A stretch of 64,000 nucleotides of DNA from an uncultured Alphaproteobacteria bacterium (GCA_913031285.1 CAJWEI010000006.1:2401-66400), one strand, 5' to 3'. Counted from the stretch's first letter, positions 19,673 to 29,258 are shown. The notes: a model not told the origin generated them from the letters alone. Numbers and translations: made by a program.

Positions 19673-20820
19673 CGCAAACAATTGACCCCACAAATCCAAT
19701 CGTACAGATTGCGATTGCTTGTGCAGTTGTCGTCAATTTTCTTTTGTGGATGGGAATTAGGGCCTCGCAGAAATCTGCAAAATTGATGGAACCCTTATCC
19801 TACCAGATAACGGCACTTGGCCAGAGAGTGCAGTCTTTGGGAGATGGGCAAGAGCGCCTAGCTGGGGGTTTACATCACGTTTCCGAAGCACAAACCCAAT
19901 CCCAAACCAGCATGATGGAAGTGCTGGAAAAGAGGCTTATCGAGGTTCAGCACCACATGACCGAAAACCTTCAAGGTTCGGCACGCCGAACCGCCCATTC
20001 GTTGGGTGAATTGCAACAGCGCCTGAGTGCAATCGATAAGGCACAAGAAAATATTACCAAATTATCAGGAAACGTATTGAGCCTACAAGATATCTTGTCC
20101 AACAAACAAACCAGAGGTGCATTTGGTGAAATTCAACTGAACGATATTGTAACCAAGGCCCTTCCAAGTGACAGTTACACATTGCAAGCCACTCTTTCGA
20201 ATGGACGGAGGGCAGACTGTTTGATTCACTTGCCCAACCCTCCCGGCCCGATCGCAGTCGACAGTAAATTCCCTCTAGAGCCCTATGAAGCGATCCGTAG
20301 CGCATCGTCAGACCGAGAGTTGAATGATGCTGCAAAACTTCTGCGCGCGGCCATCAAAAAGCATATCAAAGATATATCGGAAAAATACATCATTGAAGGG
20401 GAAACAGCAGAGGGTGCCTTGATGTTCCTTCCATCCGAGGCCGTTTATGCCGAATTACACGCTAATTTTCCCGAAATTGTGCGTGAAGGCTTTGCAGCGC
20501 GCGTGTGGATTGTGTCCCCAACAACCTGTATGGCCACACTGCACACAATGCGCGCGATTTTAAAAGATGCCCGAATGCAGGAGCAGGCTGGTGCTATTCG
20601 CAAAGAGTTAGGATTGCTGTACCAAGATGTAAACCGATTGGGCAGCCGAGTAGAAAATCTGGATCGCCATTTTGGGATGGCTGCAAAGGATTTGTCGGAG
20701 ATCAAGATCAGTGCTGATAAAGCTGGACTCCGAGCTCGACGACTTGATGCTTTTGACTTTGAAGAACTTGAGCACAAAAAAGAAGATACTCCAACTTCAC
20801 ATATTGGAGATGATATTTGA
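19669..20820 (+). CDS. rmuC: DNA recombination protein RmuC
   Basis: 383 aa with an N-terminal TM segment, a coiled-coil region, then ...FGEIQLNDIV...DCLIHLP....IAVDSKFPLE. Its ATG overlaps the mutL stop (ATGA). Confidence 0.85.
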   Translation: MTQTIDPTNPIVQIAIACAVVVNFLLWMGIRASQKSAKLMEPLSYQITALGQRVQSLGDGQERLAGGLHHVSEAQTQSQTSMMEVLEKRLIEVQHHMTENLQGSARRTAHSLGELQQRLSAIDKAQENITKLSGNVLSLQDILSNKQTRGAFGEIQLNDIVTKALPSDSYTLQATLSNGRRADCLIHLPNPPGPIAVDSKFPLEPYEAIRSASSDRELNDAAKLLRAAIKKHIKDISEKYIIEGETAEGALMFLPSEAVYAELHANFPEIVREGFAARVWIVSPTTCMATLHTMRAILKDARMQEQAGAIRKELGLLYQDVNRLGSRVENLDRHFGMAAKDLSEIKISADKAGLRARRLDAFDFEELEHKKEDTPTSHIGDDI

Positions 20821-21047
20821 AAAGTCATAAGATATATTCTCTCGGCATTTCCGCTAAAACAATCGTCTGTATCAGGATATGCAGTTTCTTGCTTAGATTG
20901 GTGGAAAAGTACCTAGTTGTGTCGTATGGACTAACGTTTTGGAATGCGGATCACTTATCCAAACAAATTTCCATAAGGATGCTTCACCTTGAGCAATTGA
21001 ATGCTTATAGATTGTAGACAGAGACTTACTTTTCAGGATCAAGCTGA

Positions 21048-21857
21048 ATGGCGCACATAATCGTAGTGGGGAATGAAAAAGGCGGTGCAGGCAAGTCGAC
21101 TGTCACAATGCACGTCGCAACGTCACTTGCCCGGATGGATTATCGCGTAGGTGCAGTTGACCTTGATTTACGACAACAAACTTTTGGGCGCTATTGTGCT
21201 AATCGGCGCAATCATTTGCTCGAAATTGGCATTGAATTGAAAGGGCCTAGTTTCTTTCCACTTCCAGAAATTGACAAAGAGACCATTCCAGAAGGTGAGA
21301 ATATTTTCGACCATCGGCTCTCGGCCGTCATTTCTAAGATGGAGGCAACATGTGATTATATCTTCATTGATTGCCCCGGATCTCATACGCGCCTAAGTCA
21401 AGTTGCGCACTCTCTGGCGGATACGCTTATAACGCCATTGAACGATAGCTTTATTGATTTTGACCTATTGGCCCGAATTGGCGCAGATGGGGAAACCATT
21501 GAAGGACCATCAGTCTATTCAGAAATGGTATGGCATGCGAGACAGCTTAGAGCGCAAGCAGGTTTAAAGCCAATCGATTGGATTGTACTACGTAATCGGC
21601 TTGGTGCTCAGCAAATGGTAAATAAGCAAAAAATGCAGCGTGCTTTGGAAAAACTTGCCAAGCGCATCGGCTTTCGGATTTCACCCGGCTTCAACGAACG
21701 CGTGATATTCCGAGAACTATTCCCAAGAGGCCTCACGTTACTGGATCTGAAAGATGTTGGGGTTAAACAGCTGAATATCTCAAATATTGCGGCGCGGCAA
21801 GAATTGCGCGAACTGGTGAAGACGTTGAACCTGCCAGACATGAAGATTGATTTCTGA
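21048..21857 (+). CDS. mipZ: Division-plane positioning ATPase MipZ (ParA-like)
   Basis: MAHIIVVGNEKGGAGKSTVTMHVATSL...VDLDLRQQTF...WIVLRNRL...RVIFRELFPRGLTLLDL aligns by eye with Caulobacter MipZ. Confidence 0.85.
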   Translation: MAHIIVVGNEKGGAGKSTVTMHVATSLARMDYRVGAVDLDLRQQTFGRYCANRRNHLLEIGIELKGPSFFPLPEIDKETIPEGENIFDHRLSAVISKMEATCDYIFIDCPGSHTRLSQVAHSLADTLITPLNDSFIDFDLLARIGADGETIEGPSVYSEMVWHARQLRAQAGLKPIDWIVLRNRLGAQQMVNKQKMQRALEKLAKRIGFRISPGFNERVIFRELFPRGLTLLDLKDVGVKQLNISNIAARQELRELVKTLNLPDMKIDF

Positions 21858-21859
21858 TC

Positions 21860-22306
21860 TCAACGAGATCCCAGCACTTGCAGCATCCTCTTAAAAGTCA
21901 CAACATCGTTTTTAGAAAACATTCTCTGTAATAGTTGGTCATAGTCTTGGGCCAAATTATGTAAATCTTCATAAACAGCTTGGCCAGATTTTGTCAATTC
22001 TAACCACTCTATGCGTCGATCCTCTTGATCTGGCACCCGTCTTAGAAATCCTTTTTGCTGCATTTTATGAACTGCACGGCTGACTTTTGTTTTATGGGTT
22101 TTAGATTTATTGCTGATCTCTTTGGCACTCATCCGGTAATAGATTCCCAAATGAAACAGAACCCGCCACTCAGAACGTAACATTCCATAACGCTCTTTAT
22201 AAAGACGCTGAAATTCTAGGCTACTACCCTCAGCCGCTTGGTTTAGCAGATAAGGCAGGAAAGTTTGCAAATCAAAACGTGGATCATTCAACATAGATTT
22301 TTGCAT
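21860..22306 (-). CDS. MarR-family transcriptional regulator, divergent from hmgA
   Basis: 148 aa with a winged-helix region, SAKEISNKSKTHKTKVSRAVHKMQQKGFLRR. It is divergently arranged with the homogentisate operon. Confidence 0.8.
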   Translation of the reverse strand: MQKSMLNDPRFDLQTFLPYLLNQAAEGSSLEFQRLYKERYGMLRSEWRVLFHLGIYYRMSAKEISNKSKTHKTKVSRAVHKMQQKGFLRRVPDQEDRRIEWLELTKSGQAVYEDLHNLAQDYDQLLQRMFSKNDVVTFKRMLQVLGSR

Positions 22307-22317
22307 ATTGCTTGTTA

Positions 22318-22347
22318 GTTACATTTGCAACTGTTATATTTGCAACT
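22318..22347. promoter_or_regulatory. Tandem direct repeat GTTAYATTTGCAACT x2, candidate MarR operator
   Basis: GTTACATTTGCAACT (22318-22332) is followed directly by GTTATATTTGCAACT (22333-22347). The pair lies between the MarR start (22306) and hmgA ATG 22367. Each unit contains the palindromic core TTGCAA. Confidence 0.5.
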
Positions 22348-22366
22348 ATATAACTGGAGTCTTTCA

Positions 22367-23728
22367 ATGAGTCGATCATCAATACCTCAAAACTTAATTC
22401 AAGCGAGCCATGAAGATAATATTTTTACAAACTACATGGCCGGCTTTGGAAATGATTTTGAAACCGAGAGTTTACCTGGAGCATTACCACAGGGCATGAA
22501 CAGCCCACAAAAATGTCAATACGGGCTTTATGGAGAGCAACTCTCAGGCACAGCTTTTACAGCGCCAACAGCTAAAAATGAGCGCACTTGGTGTTATCGT
22601 ATCCGCCCTTCAGTCAAACACTCCAATCGCTACAGTCGTATTCATTTACCATATTGGAAAACAGCCCCACATATTGAAGAAAACATTATCAGCTTAGGCC
22701 AGTATCGTTGGGATCCAGCACCGCATACATCTCAAGTACTGACTTGGCTGACAGGCATCCGTACAATGACGACGGCTGGGGATGTAAATACTCAGACCGG
22801 TATGGCAAGCCATATTTATCTTGTAACCACATCTATGAAGGATGCCTATTTTTACTCGGCTGATTCAGAACTATTGGTTGTACCACAAGAGGGCCGTCTG
22901 CGCTTTGCAACAGAGCTAGGCGTAATCGATCTCGAACCTCAGGAAATTGCGATTATACCGCGCGGATTGCTCTATCGAGTCGAGGTCCTTGAAAGACCTG
23001 CGAGAGGCTTTATCTGTGAAAACTACGGGCAAAAATTTGATCTGCCGCCGCGCGGCCCAATCGGGGCTAATTGCATGGCCAATCGGCGCGATTTTAAGAC
23101 CCCTATTGCTGCATTTGAAGATCGTGATGCTCCCTCTACAGTAACAATCAAATGGTGTGGACAATTCCATGAGACCATGATTGACCACAGCCCGTTAGAT
23201 GTTGTCGCTTGGCACGGTAATTATGCGCCGTGCAAATATGACCTTCGCACATATTGCCCTGTGGGTGCGGTCCTATTCGACCACCCAGACCCTTCCATTT
23301 TTACTGTCCTCACTGCTCCCTCCAGCGTCAAAGGCACTGCAAACATCGATTTTGTATTGTTTCGTGATCGATGGAATGTCTCTGAAAAAACTTTCCGCCC
23401 ACCATGGTATCACAAAAATATCATGTCAGAGCTCATGGGAAATATTCATGGGCAATACGATGCGAAACCCAAAGGCTTTATCCCCGGTGGGATGAGCTTA
23501 CACAATATGATGTTGCCCCATGGCCCTGATAAGAATGCATTCGAAGCAGCATCAAATGCTAACTTGGTCCCTCAGAAACTGGAAGACACCATGTCATTTA
23601 TGTTTGAGACACGCTTTCCCCAACATCTTACGCGCTTTGCGGCAGATGAAGCACTCTTGCAAAATGACTATATCGATTGTTGGTCAGATATTGAAAAGAA
23701 ATTTGATGGCACAGCAAACCCAAAATAA
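22367..23728 (+). CDS. hmgA: Homogentisate 1,2-dioxygenase
   Basis: [45 protein letters not shown]...[12 protein letters not shown] is the canonical HmgA N-terminus. I prefer ATG 22367 (GGAG 7 nt upstream) over TTG 22325. Confidence 0.95.
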   Translation: MSRSSIPQNLIQASHEDNIFTNYMAGFGNDFETESLPGALPQGMNSPQKCQYGLYGEQLSGTAFTAPTAKNERTWCYRIRPSVKHSNRYSRIHLPYWKTAPHIEENIISLGQYRWDPAPHTSQVLTWLTGIRTMTTAGDVNTQTGMASHIYLVTTSMKDAYFYSADSELLVVPQEGRLRFATELGVIDLEPQEIAIIPRGLLYRVEVLERPARGFICENYGQKFDLPPRGPIGANCMANRRDFKTPIAAFEDRDAPSTVTIKWCGQFHETMIDHSPLDVVAWHGNYAPCKYDLRTYCPVGAVLFDHPDPSIFTVLTAPSSVKGTANIDFVLFRDRWNVSEKTFRPPWYHKNIMSELMGNIHGQYDAKPKGFIPGGMSLHNMMLPHGPDKNAFEAASNANLVPQKLEDTMSFMFETRFPQHLTRFAADEALLQNDYIDCWSDIEKKFDGTANPK

Positions 23729-23799
23729 GGTCTGCTCCCCAAATTACAGACCATCAGAAACATACGCGTTTGCAAGCTACTAGCTTGGAAAGGATAAAT

Positions 23800-25056
23800 A
23801 TGACATTATTTCAAAGTTGGGTCTCTTCGGCAAACTCACCCAGTACAGCGTTTCCACTTAACAATCTGCCTTATGGGGTCTTTTCAACCAAGGATAAGGA
23901 TCCACGATGTGGCGTTGCGATTGGTGACATGATTTTTGATTGTCTAGCTGCCGAGGAGGCTGGTTATATTGATCTAGGCGACGGCATAGTTTTTGATGTT
24001 CCATTCTGGAACGATGTGATGGAGATGGGCCCAAACACATGGAAACAATTGCGAAATCAACTGATGAGGCTCCTGAGCGTTCAGGCCGCCCAACAAGAAA
24101 ATCTAAAAACGGTTCTCACACCAATGGCGGAAGCAGAAATGCACCTGCCATTTATCATCGCAGAATATACTGATTTTTATGCAGGGCGACATCACGCCAC
24201 CAATGTCGGCACAATGTTTCGGGGTGCTAAGAATGCTCTGCCTTCAAACTGGCTTCATATCCCGATTGGATATAATGGCCGCGCCTCGTCAATCGTTGTG
24301 TCCGGAAGTGACATTCGCCGTCCTTGGGGACAAATCAAAGGTCCAAATGACACTCTCCCCAGATTCGCACCCAGCATGCGGTTTGATATTGAGCTGGAAA
24401 TGGGCGCTATCGTTGGAACCAATAGCGATGGCCCAGTTACTGTGGATGAAGCCGATCAAATGATTTTTGGTTACGTATTACTTAACGATTGGTCAGCGCG
24501 CGATATACAGGCTTGGGAATATCAACCATTAGGCCCGTTTCAGGGAAAAGCCACGGCAACTTCAATTAGCCCGTGGATTGTTACCAAAGCAGCACTTGAA
24601 CCATTTAGGTGCCAAACACCAGTGCGTGAATTTGAGCTTCTGGACCACCTGCGCGATACCGGCCCGATGCTTTATGACATCGATCTTCTGGTCAGTTTGG
24701 CACCTCAGGGTAAAGGAAATAGTACGATCGCCAGAACGAATTACAAAGAAATGTATTATTCCTCTGCGCAGCAACTTGCACATCACAGCACATCAGGATG
24801 CCCGATGACAGCGGGCGATTTGCTTGGTTCAGGGACTATATCTGGCCCCGAAAGGCACCAGCGTGGCGCTTTGATAGAGTTAAGCTGGGGCGGTAAAAAT
24901 CCGATCACCCTAGATACCGGCGAGAGGCGCAGCTTTCTTGAAGATGGCGACGAGGTAACCCTAAGCGGTGCGGCACATGGCGATGGCTTCATTATCGGCT
25001 TTGGTGACTGCACAGGCACCATCCTCCCAGCGCTTACAGATCCATACAATAGATAA
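23800..25056 (+). CDS. fahA: Fumarylacetoacetase
   Basis: FPLNNLPYGVFSTKDKDPRCGVAIGDMIFD and the FAH C-terminal domain (...LLNDWSARDIQAWEYQPLGPF...) are present. I prefer ATG 23800 (AAGGA upstream). Confidence 0.9.
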   Translation: MTLFQSWVSSANSPSTAFPLNNLPYGVFSTKDKDPRCGVAIGDMIFDCLAAEEAGYIDLGDGIVFDVPFWNDVMEMGPNTWKQLRNQLMRLLSVQAAQQENLKTVLTPMAEAEMHLPFIIAEYTDFYAGRHHATNVGTMFRGAKNALPSNWLHIPIGYNGRASSIVVSGSDIRRPWGQIKGPNDTLPRFAPSMRFDIELEMGAIVGTNSDGPVTVDEADQMIFGYVLLNDWSARDIQAWEYQPLGPFQGKATATSISPWIVTKAALEPFRCQTPVREFELLDHLRDTGPMLYDIDLLVSLAPQGKGNSTIARTNYKEMYYSSAQQLAHHSTSGCPMTAGDLLGSGTISGPERHQRGALIELSWGGKNPITLDTGERRSFLEDGDEVTLSGAAHGDGFIIGFGDCTGTILPALTDPYNR

Positions 25057-25069
25057 AGGAGGCCAAAAT

Positions 25070-26020
25070 ATGACAAAAGCTTTCGCATCCCAAGGCGATA
25101 TTTCCGAGAAAAAAATTAGCTTCACCCAAATGGGTGATGGGCTTTACGCCTTCACTGCAGAAGGCGACCCAAATTCAGGCGTTATTATAGGAGATGACAG
25201 CGTTATGATTATCGAGGCACAAGCGACCCCCCGCCTCGCGCGAAAGGTCATCGAGTGCGTGCGTTCGGTGACCGACAAACCCATCAGTCATCTGGTCTTG
25301 ACTCATTATCACGCAGTGCGAGTGCTGGGCGCCTCAGCCTTTGGTGCCAGCCAAATTATCATGGGGGACACAGCCCGTGCCATGGTCGTCGAGCGAGGTC
25401 AGGAGGATTGGGACAGCGAGTTTCAACGCTTCCCTCGCCTGTTTCAGGGTCATGAAAGCATCCCAGGCCTGACATATCCCAACACTACGTTCAGTAAAGA
25501 CATGACAGTATATCTAGGCAACCGTCGGATTGACCTGATGCATCTAGGACGCGCGCATACTGCTGGAGATATCGTCATTCATGTGCCTGACCAGAACGTT
25601 ATGTTCACAGGCGATATCGTCGAATATCGAAGCGCCTGCTATTGCGGTGATGGCTATTTTTCCAATTGGAGCGATACTCTAGACAATATTGCCTCGTTTG
25701 AAGTCGATGCGATTGCACCAGGCCGTGGTGACGCACTGACCGGCAAGGCCATGGTCGAGGCAGCAATTGAAAGTACCCGCGATTTTGTAGACAGCACATA
25801 TCGTCCAGCCGCCCGCGTTTCCGCCCGAAATGGCAGTCTAAAAGATGCATGGGAGGCTGTTCGCGAAGAATGTGATCCAAAATTTTCGGACTATGCAATC
25901 TATGAACACTGCCTGCCATTCAACGTAGCAAGGGCCTACGACGAGGCCCGTGGCATTGTGACACCGCGCATTTGGACTGCTGCTCGCGATATTGAAATGT
26001 GGGAGGCTCTGCAAGAGTGA
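25070..26020 (+). CDS. MBL-fold (metallo-beta-lactamase superfamily) protein with a degenerate metal motif
   Basis: 316 aa from ATG 25070 (AAGGAGG 8 nt upstream). MBL architecture is visible (..VMIIEAQATP.., HLGRAHTAGD, MFTGD). The first motif reads THYHAVRV instead of HxHxDH. Confidence 0.75.
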   Translation: MTKAFASQGDISEKKISFTQMGDGLYAFTAEGDPNSGVIIGDDSVMIIEAQATPRLARKVIECVRSVTDKPISHLVLTHYHAVRVLGASAFGASQIIMGDTARAMVVERGQEDWDSEFQRFPRLFQGHESIPGLTYPNTTFSKDMTVYLGNRRIDLMHLGRAHTAGDIVIHVPDQNVMFTGDIVEYRSACYCGDGYFSNWSDTLDNIASFEVDAIAPGRGDALTGKAMVEAAIESTRDFVDSTYRPAARVSARNGSLKDAWEAVREECDPKFSDYAIYEHCLPFNVARAYDEARGIVTPRIWTAARDIEMWEALQE

Positions 26021-26072
26021 TCAAATAGTAACACTAGCAACACGACAGAACCCTTAGAGTAAATAGATTAAC

Positions 26073-27689
26073 ATGAACGAGATCTTTAAAAAACCTCTTT
26101 ACCCCTATCGCCGAAGTACGGATCAGGACGGGATATACCAGGCCCACCATCCTGTCGTGATCATAGGTGCAGGTCCTGTTGGGCTATGCGCCGCGATCGA
26201 CCTTGCTCAGAGAGGAATTAAAATTCTGGTAATTGATGAGAATGACAAAGTCAGTTTTGGCAGCCGAGCGATTTGCTTTGCAAAACGCACTTTGGAAATC
26301 TGTGACCGATTAGGAATTAGCGATAAGTTAATTGCCAAAGGCGTACAGTGGAACCTAGGCAAAGTGTTTTTTGACGATAGACAGGTCTATGAATTTAATC
26401 TTTTAAGCGAAGACGCTCATAGGCAACCTGCGTTTATTAACCTTCAGCAATATTATCTTGAAGTGTATCTAGTCGAACGTATTTTAGAACTGCAAAATGC
26501 GGGAGCCAAGATTGATATTCGAGGCGAAACTTCTCTCAGCGAAATCAACCAGACAAGTAAATCCGTACAGCTTGGTTTGGATACTCCAGATGGACTTTAT
26601 GAAATCACTGCAGATTGGGTGATTGCCTGTGACGGGGCCAATAGTCCTACTAGGGCAATGCTTGGCCTCGATTTCGCCGGGCGGGTTTTTGAAGACAATT
26701 TTTTAATCGCAGATGTTAGGATGGAGGCTGATTTTCCAACCGAACGTTGGTTCTGGTTTGATCCACCATTCAACAAGGGAAAATCGGCACTGTTGCACAA
26801 ACAACCCGATGGCGTTTGGCGAATTGATCTGCAACTGGGCTGGAACATCGATAAAAAAGAAGAGAAGAAACCCAAAAATGTCATTCCACGCCTAAAGGCA
26901 ATGCTGGGGGAAGATGTTAACTTCGAGCTAGAATGGGTAAGTATCTATACGTTTGAATGCAGGCGAATGGAAGATTTTCTACATGGGCGGATCATTTTTG
27001 CAGGAGACAGCGCACACCAAGTTTCGCCATTCGGCGCGCGCGGTGCAAACTCTGGAATCCAAGATGTCGATAACCTCTGTTGGAAACTTGCAGAAGTGGT
27101 GTGCAAGCGAGCTCCAGCTTCACTTTTGCAAACCTACAACATCGAACGGGTGTTAGGCGCAGATGAGAATATACTTAACTCTACACGATCTACCGAATTT
27201 ATCACCCCAAAGTCAGGGATAAGCCGCTTGTTTCGTGATGCCGTTTTGGAACTTGCAGAAAACCAAACATTCGCGCGGCCACTTGTAAATTCCGGCCGAT
27301 TGTCGTTACCAATTCAGTACGGCGTAAATCGTACCTTTGGACCCGACAATCTCGATGGCCCAAAGGTAGCATCCCCTGGTAGCCCCTGCCCTGATGCGAT
27401 TATCGCACCGGAAACATTCTTACTGGAGAGCCTGTCGCAAGGCTTTACACTCCTGAATATTAACCAAGTTCCCAAAGTTCATATCATTGAATGCGGCTCT
27501 ACGCTTACGCATCTGAACGTCAAAGCCAGCCCAGATGAAAATACATTCCTCTTAAAACGTTATCTTGGAGACCAAAAAATGGCTATCTATTTAATTCGGC
27601 CAGATCAACATATAGCAGCACGATGGGCTAAATTTGACGAAACCGCCATTCGTAATTCAATTAGAACTTCATTAGGATATAACGGATGA
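26073..27689 (+). CDS. FAD-dependent aromatic-ring monooxygenase (MhpA/PheA-like, group A flavoprotein hydroxylase)
   Basis: 538 aa with VVIIGAGPVGLCAAIDLAQRG, ACDGANSPTR and FAGDSAHQVSPFGARGANSGIQDVDNLCWKL. Confidence 0.85.
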   Translation: MNEIFKKPLYPYRRSTDQDGIYQAHHPVVIIGAGPVGLCAAIDLAQRGIKILVIDENDKVSFGSRAICFAKRTLEICDRLGISDKLIAKGVQWNLGKVFFDDRQVYEFNLLSEDAHRQPAFINLQQYYLEVYLVERILELQNAGAKIDIRGETSLSEINQTSKSVQLGLDTPDGLYEITADWVIACDGANSPTRAMLGLDFAGRVFEDNFLIADVRMEADFPTERWFWFDPPFNKGKSALLHKQPDGVWRIDLQLGWNIDKKEEKKPKNVIPRLKAMLGEDVNFELEWVSIYTFECRRMEDFLHGRIIFAGDSAHQVSPFGARGANSGIQDVDNLCWKLAEVVCKRAPASLLQTYNIERVLGADENILNSTRSTEFITPKSGISRLFRDAVLELAENQTFARPLVNSGRLSLPIQYGVNRTFGPDNLDGPKVASPGSPCPDAIIAPETFLLESLSQGFTLLNINQVPKVHIIECGSTLTHLNVKASPDENTFLLKRYLGDQKMAIYLIRPDQHIAARWAKFDETAIRNSIRTSLGYNG

Positions 27690-27874
27690 CAAGGCTTAAT
27701 CTGGACCCCAACATAAAAAATGCAGATGGATTCTACGCCCGATTGCTCGCAGCGCATGAGGGTCTAAGTAAAGCGGATAGTGACTCTTTGAATGCGCGTC
27801 TTATTTTGATCTTGGCAAATCATATTGGTGATTTGGCAACACTCGAAGAAGCAATCTCCATCGCAGAGAGATAA
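27686..27874 (+). CDS. DUF2783-like small protein
   Basis: 62 aa: MTRLNLDPNIKNADGFYARLLAAHEGLSKADSDSLNARLILILANHIGD. Its ATG overlaps the monooxygenase stop (ATGA). The family assignment is from memory. Confidence 0.6.
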   Translation: MTRLNLDPNIKNADGFYARLLAAHEGLSKADSDSLNARLILILANHIGDLATLEEAISIAER

Positions 27875-28061
27875 AAAATATCTCAGGTTCTTCTTTTTGA
27901 TTTTTGGCGTTCATCCGTCAGTCATCACGTGCCTATCGCGCTAAATTTAGCAAAGATTGCTTGAACAGAAATCTTCGTGAATGGGTCACACTTGACGCAA
28001 TCACTTGCCATTAATGAATATCTGGATGGCAAAAGAAACCTTGACCTTTAAAAATATCCCA

Positions 28062-28404
28062 ATGGAACGTGCGAAATGGCAAGCACTGGCACAATCTATT
28101 GCAATCGATATTGTCTCAATCTGTATCCTGCAGGTCTCAAACTACGCAATTGAGCTTACCAGTAAAGAAAGCACCAGAAACCTTTGGATGAAACGATTTA
28201 TTACACTAGGTTTGGAGGCATTTGAGCATTTATGATCAGAGAAAGCACAAACGCCTGTCTCAACCGGTAATTATATCTCAATTGCAAAACTTTACCTCAC
28301 ATCGCAGATTTACAATATGCAGCACTGGCAGGTTGGTATTAGCCAGTGCAAGCACATCAAATAAGTGTTTAACGCTTGTTCAAATCTTCAAGAATTTGCA
28401 ATAG
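28062..28404 (+). pseudogene. Possible remnant of a GntR/FadR-type regulator gene
   Basis: ALAQSIAIDIVS..ILQ.....IELTSKES.RNLWMKRFITLGLEA resembles the GntR winged-helix layout. The continuation is split over two frames with stops, and the total is far shorter than an intact gene. Confidence 0.35.
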
Positions 28405-28445
28405 TACATCCCGACAGCGTTACCCAAAACTAGGAGGATATCAGA

Positions 28446-29219
28446 ATGAAAGCTCCAATAAATTTATTAAAAAAAGCGCTTAAAGATGGGCAGTCTCAAT
28501 TTGGATGCTGGATCAACATGGCAAGTGTTATCAGCGTCGAAGTCGCCGGACGCGCAGGTTTTGACTGGGTATTAATTGATGCAGAACATGGGCCAAACGG
28601 CATCAATGAAATAACCTCCCAACTTCAAGTTTTGGAGGGGCTAGGGCCATCGGCAGTGGTAAGAGTGCCCGTTGGTGAAACATGGATTATCAAACAAGTT
28701 TTGGACGCTGGTGCGCAATCTATCTTGGTGCCCGTCGTCGAAAGTGTTGAGCAAATACGCAGCCTTGTGGCAGCTGTACGCTACCCCCCTGATGGTAACA
28801 GAGGCGTTGGATCAGCCATTTCGCGGGCAGGGCGATTTGGGAACCTTGATGAATATCTGAAAAGTGCTGGGAAACAGATATGTCTTATTGTCCAATTAGA
28901 AACTTGGGCTGGAATAGAGGCTCTGGATGATATGCTTGGCGAAGATGGTATTGACGGTATTTTTATCGGGCCATCTGATTTAGCGGCAGATATGGGGTAT
29001 CTGGGTGAACTGAATGCTCCTGCGGTTCAAAAGACCATAGCGGAGGCACTAAGACGAATATCAGCTTCGGGCAAAGCCGCTGGGATTCTGTCGGTAAAGG
29101 ACACTGAGACCCCAACGCATATGAAAAATGGAGCGCGTATGATTGGCATTGCCTCCGATGTGCTTGAGCTGAATAAAGCTCTACGTAATAAAGCACAGAC
29201 ATGGTGCGATAGGACGTAG
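28446..29219 (+). CDS. HpcH/HpaI-family 2-keto-3-deoxy-acid aldolase
   Basis: 257 aa with FGCWINMASVISVEVAGRAGFDWVLIDAEHGPN, VRVP and IVQLET. AGGAGG lies upstream. Confidence 0.85.
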   Translation: MKAPINLLKKALKDGQSQFGCWINMASVISVEVAGRAGFDWVLIDAEHGPNGINEITSQLQVLEGLGPSAVVRVPVGETWIIKQVLDAGAQSILVPVVESVEQIRSLVAAVRYPPDGNRGVGSAISRAGRFGNLDEYLKSAGKQICLIVQLETWAGIEALDDMLGEDGIDGIFIGPSDLAADMGYLGELNAPAVQKTIAEALRRISASGKAAGILSVKDTETPTHMKNGARMIGIASDVLELNKALRNKAQTWCDRT

Positions 29220-29258
29220 CGCGACATCTTTAAAAGTGACAAATACCCTACACCGAAG

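Noticed and set aside
24968-25069. N-terminal extension of the MBL-fold ORF overlapping the end of fahA
   Set aside because: An internal ATG at 25070 has a near-perfect AAGGAGG RBS. The extension lies inside the fahA coding sequence.
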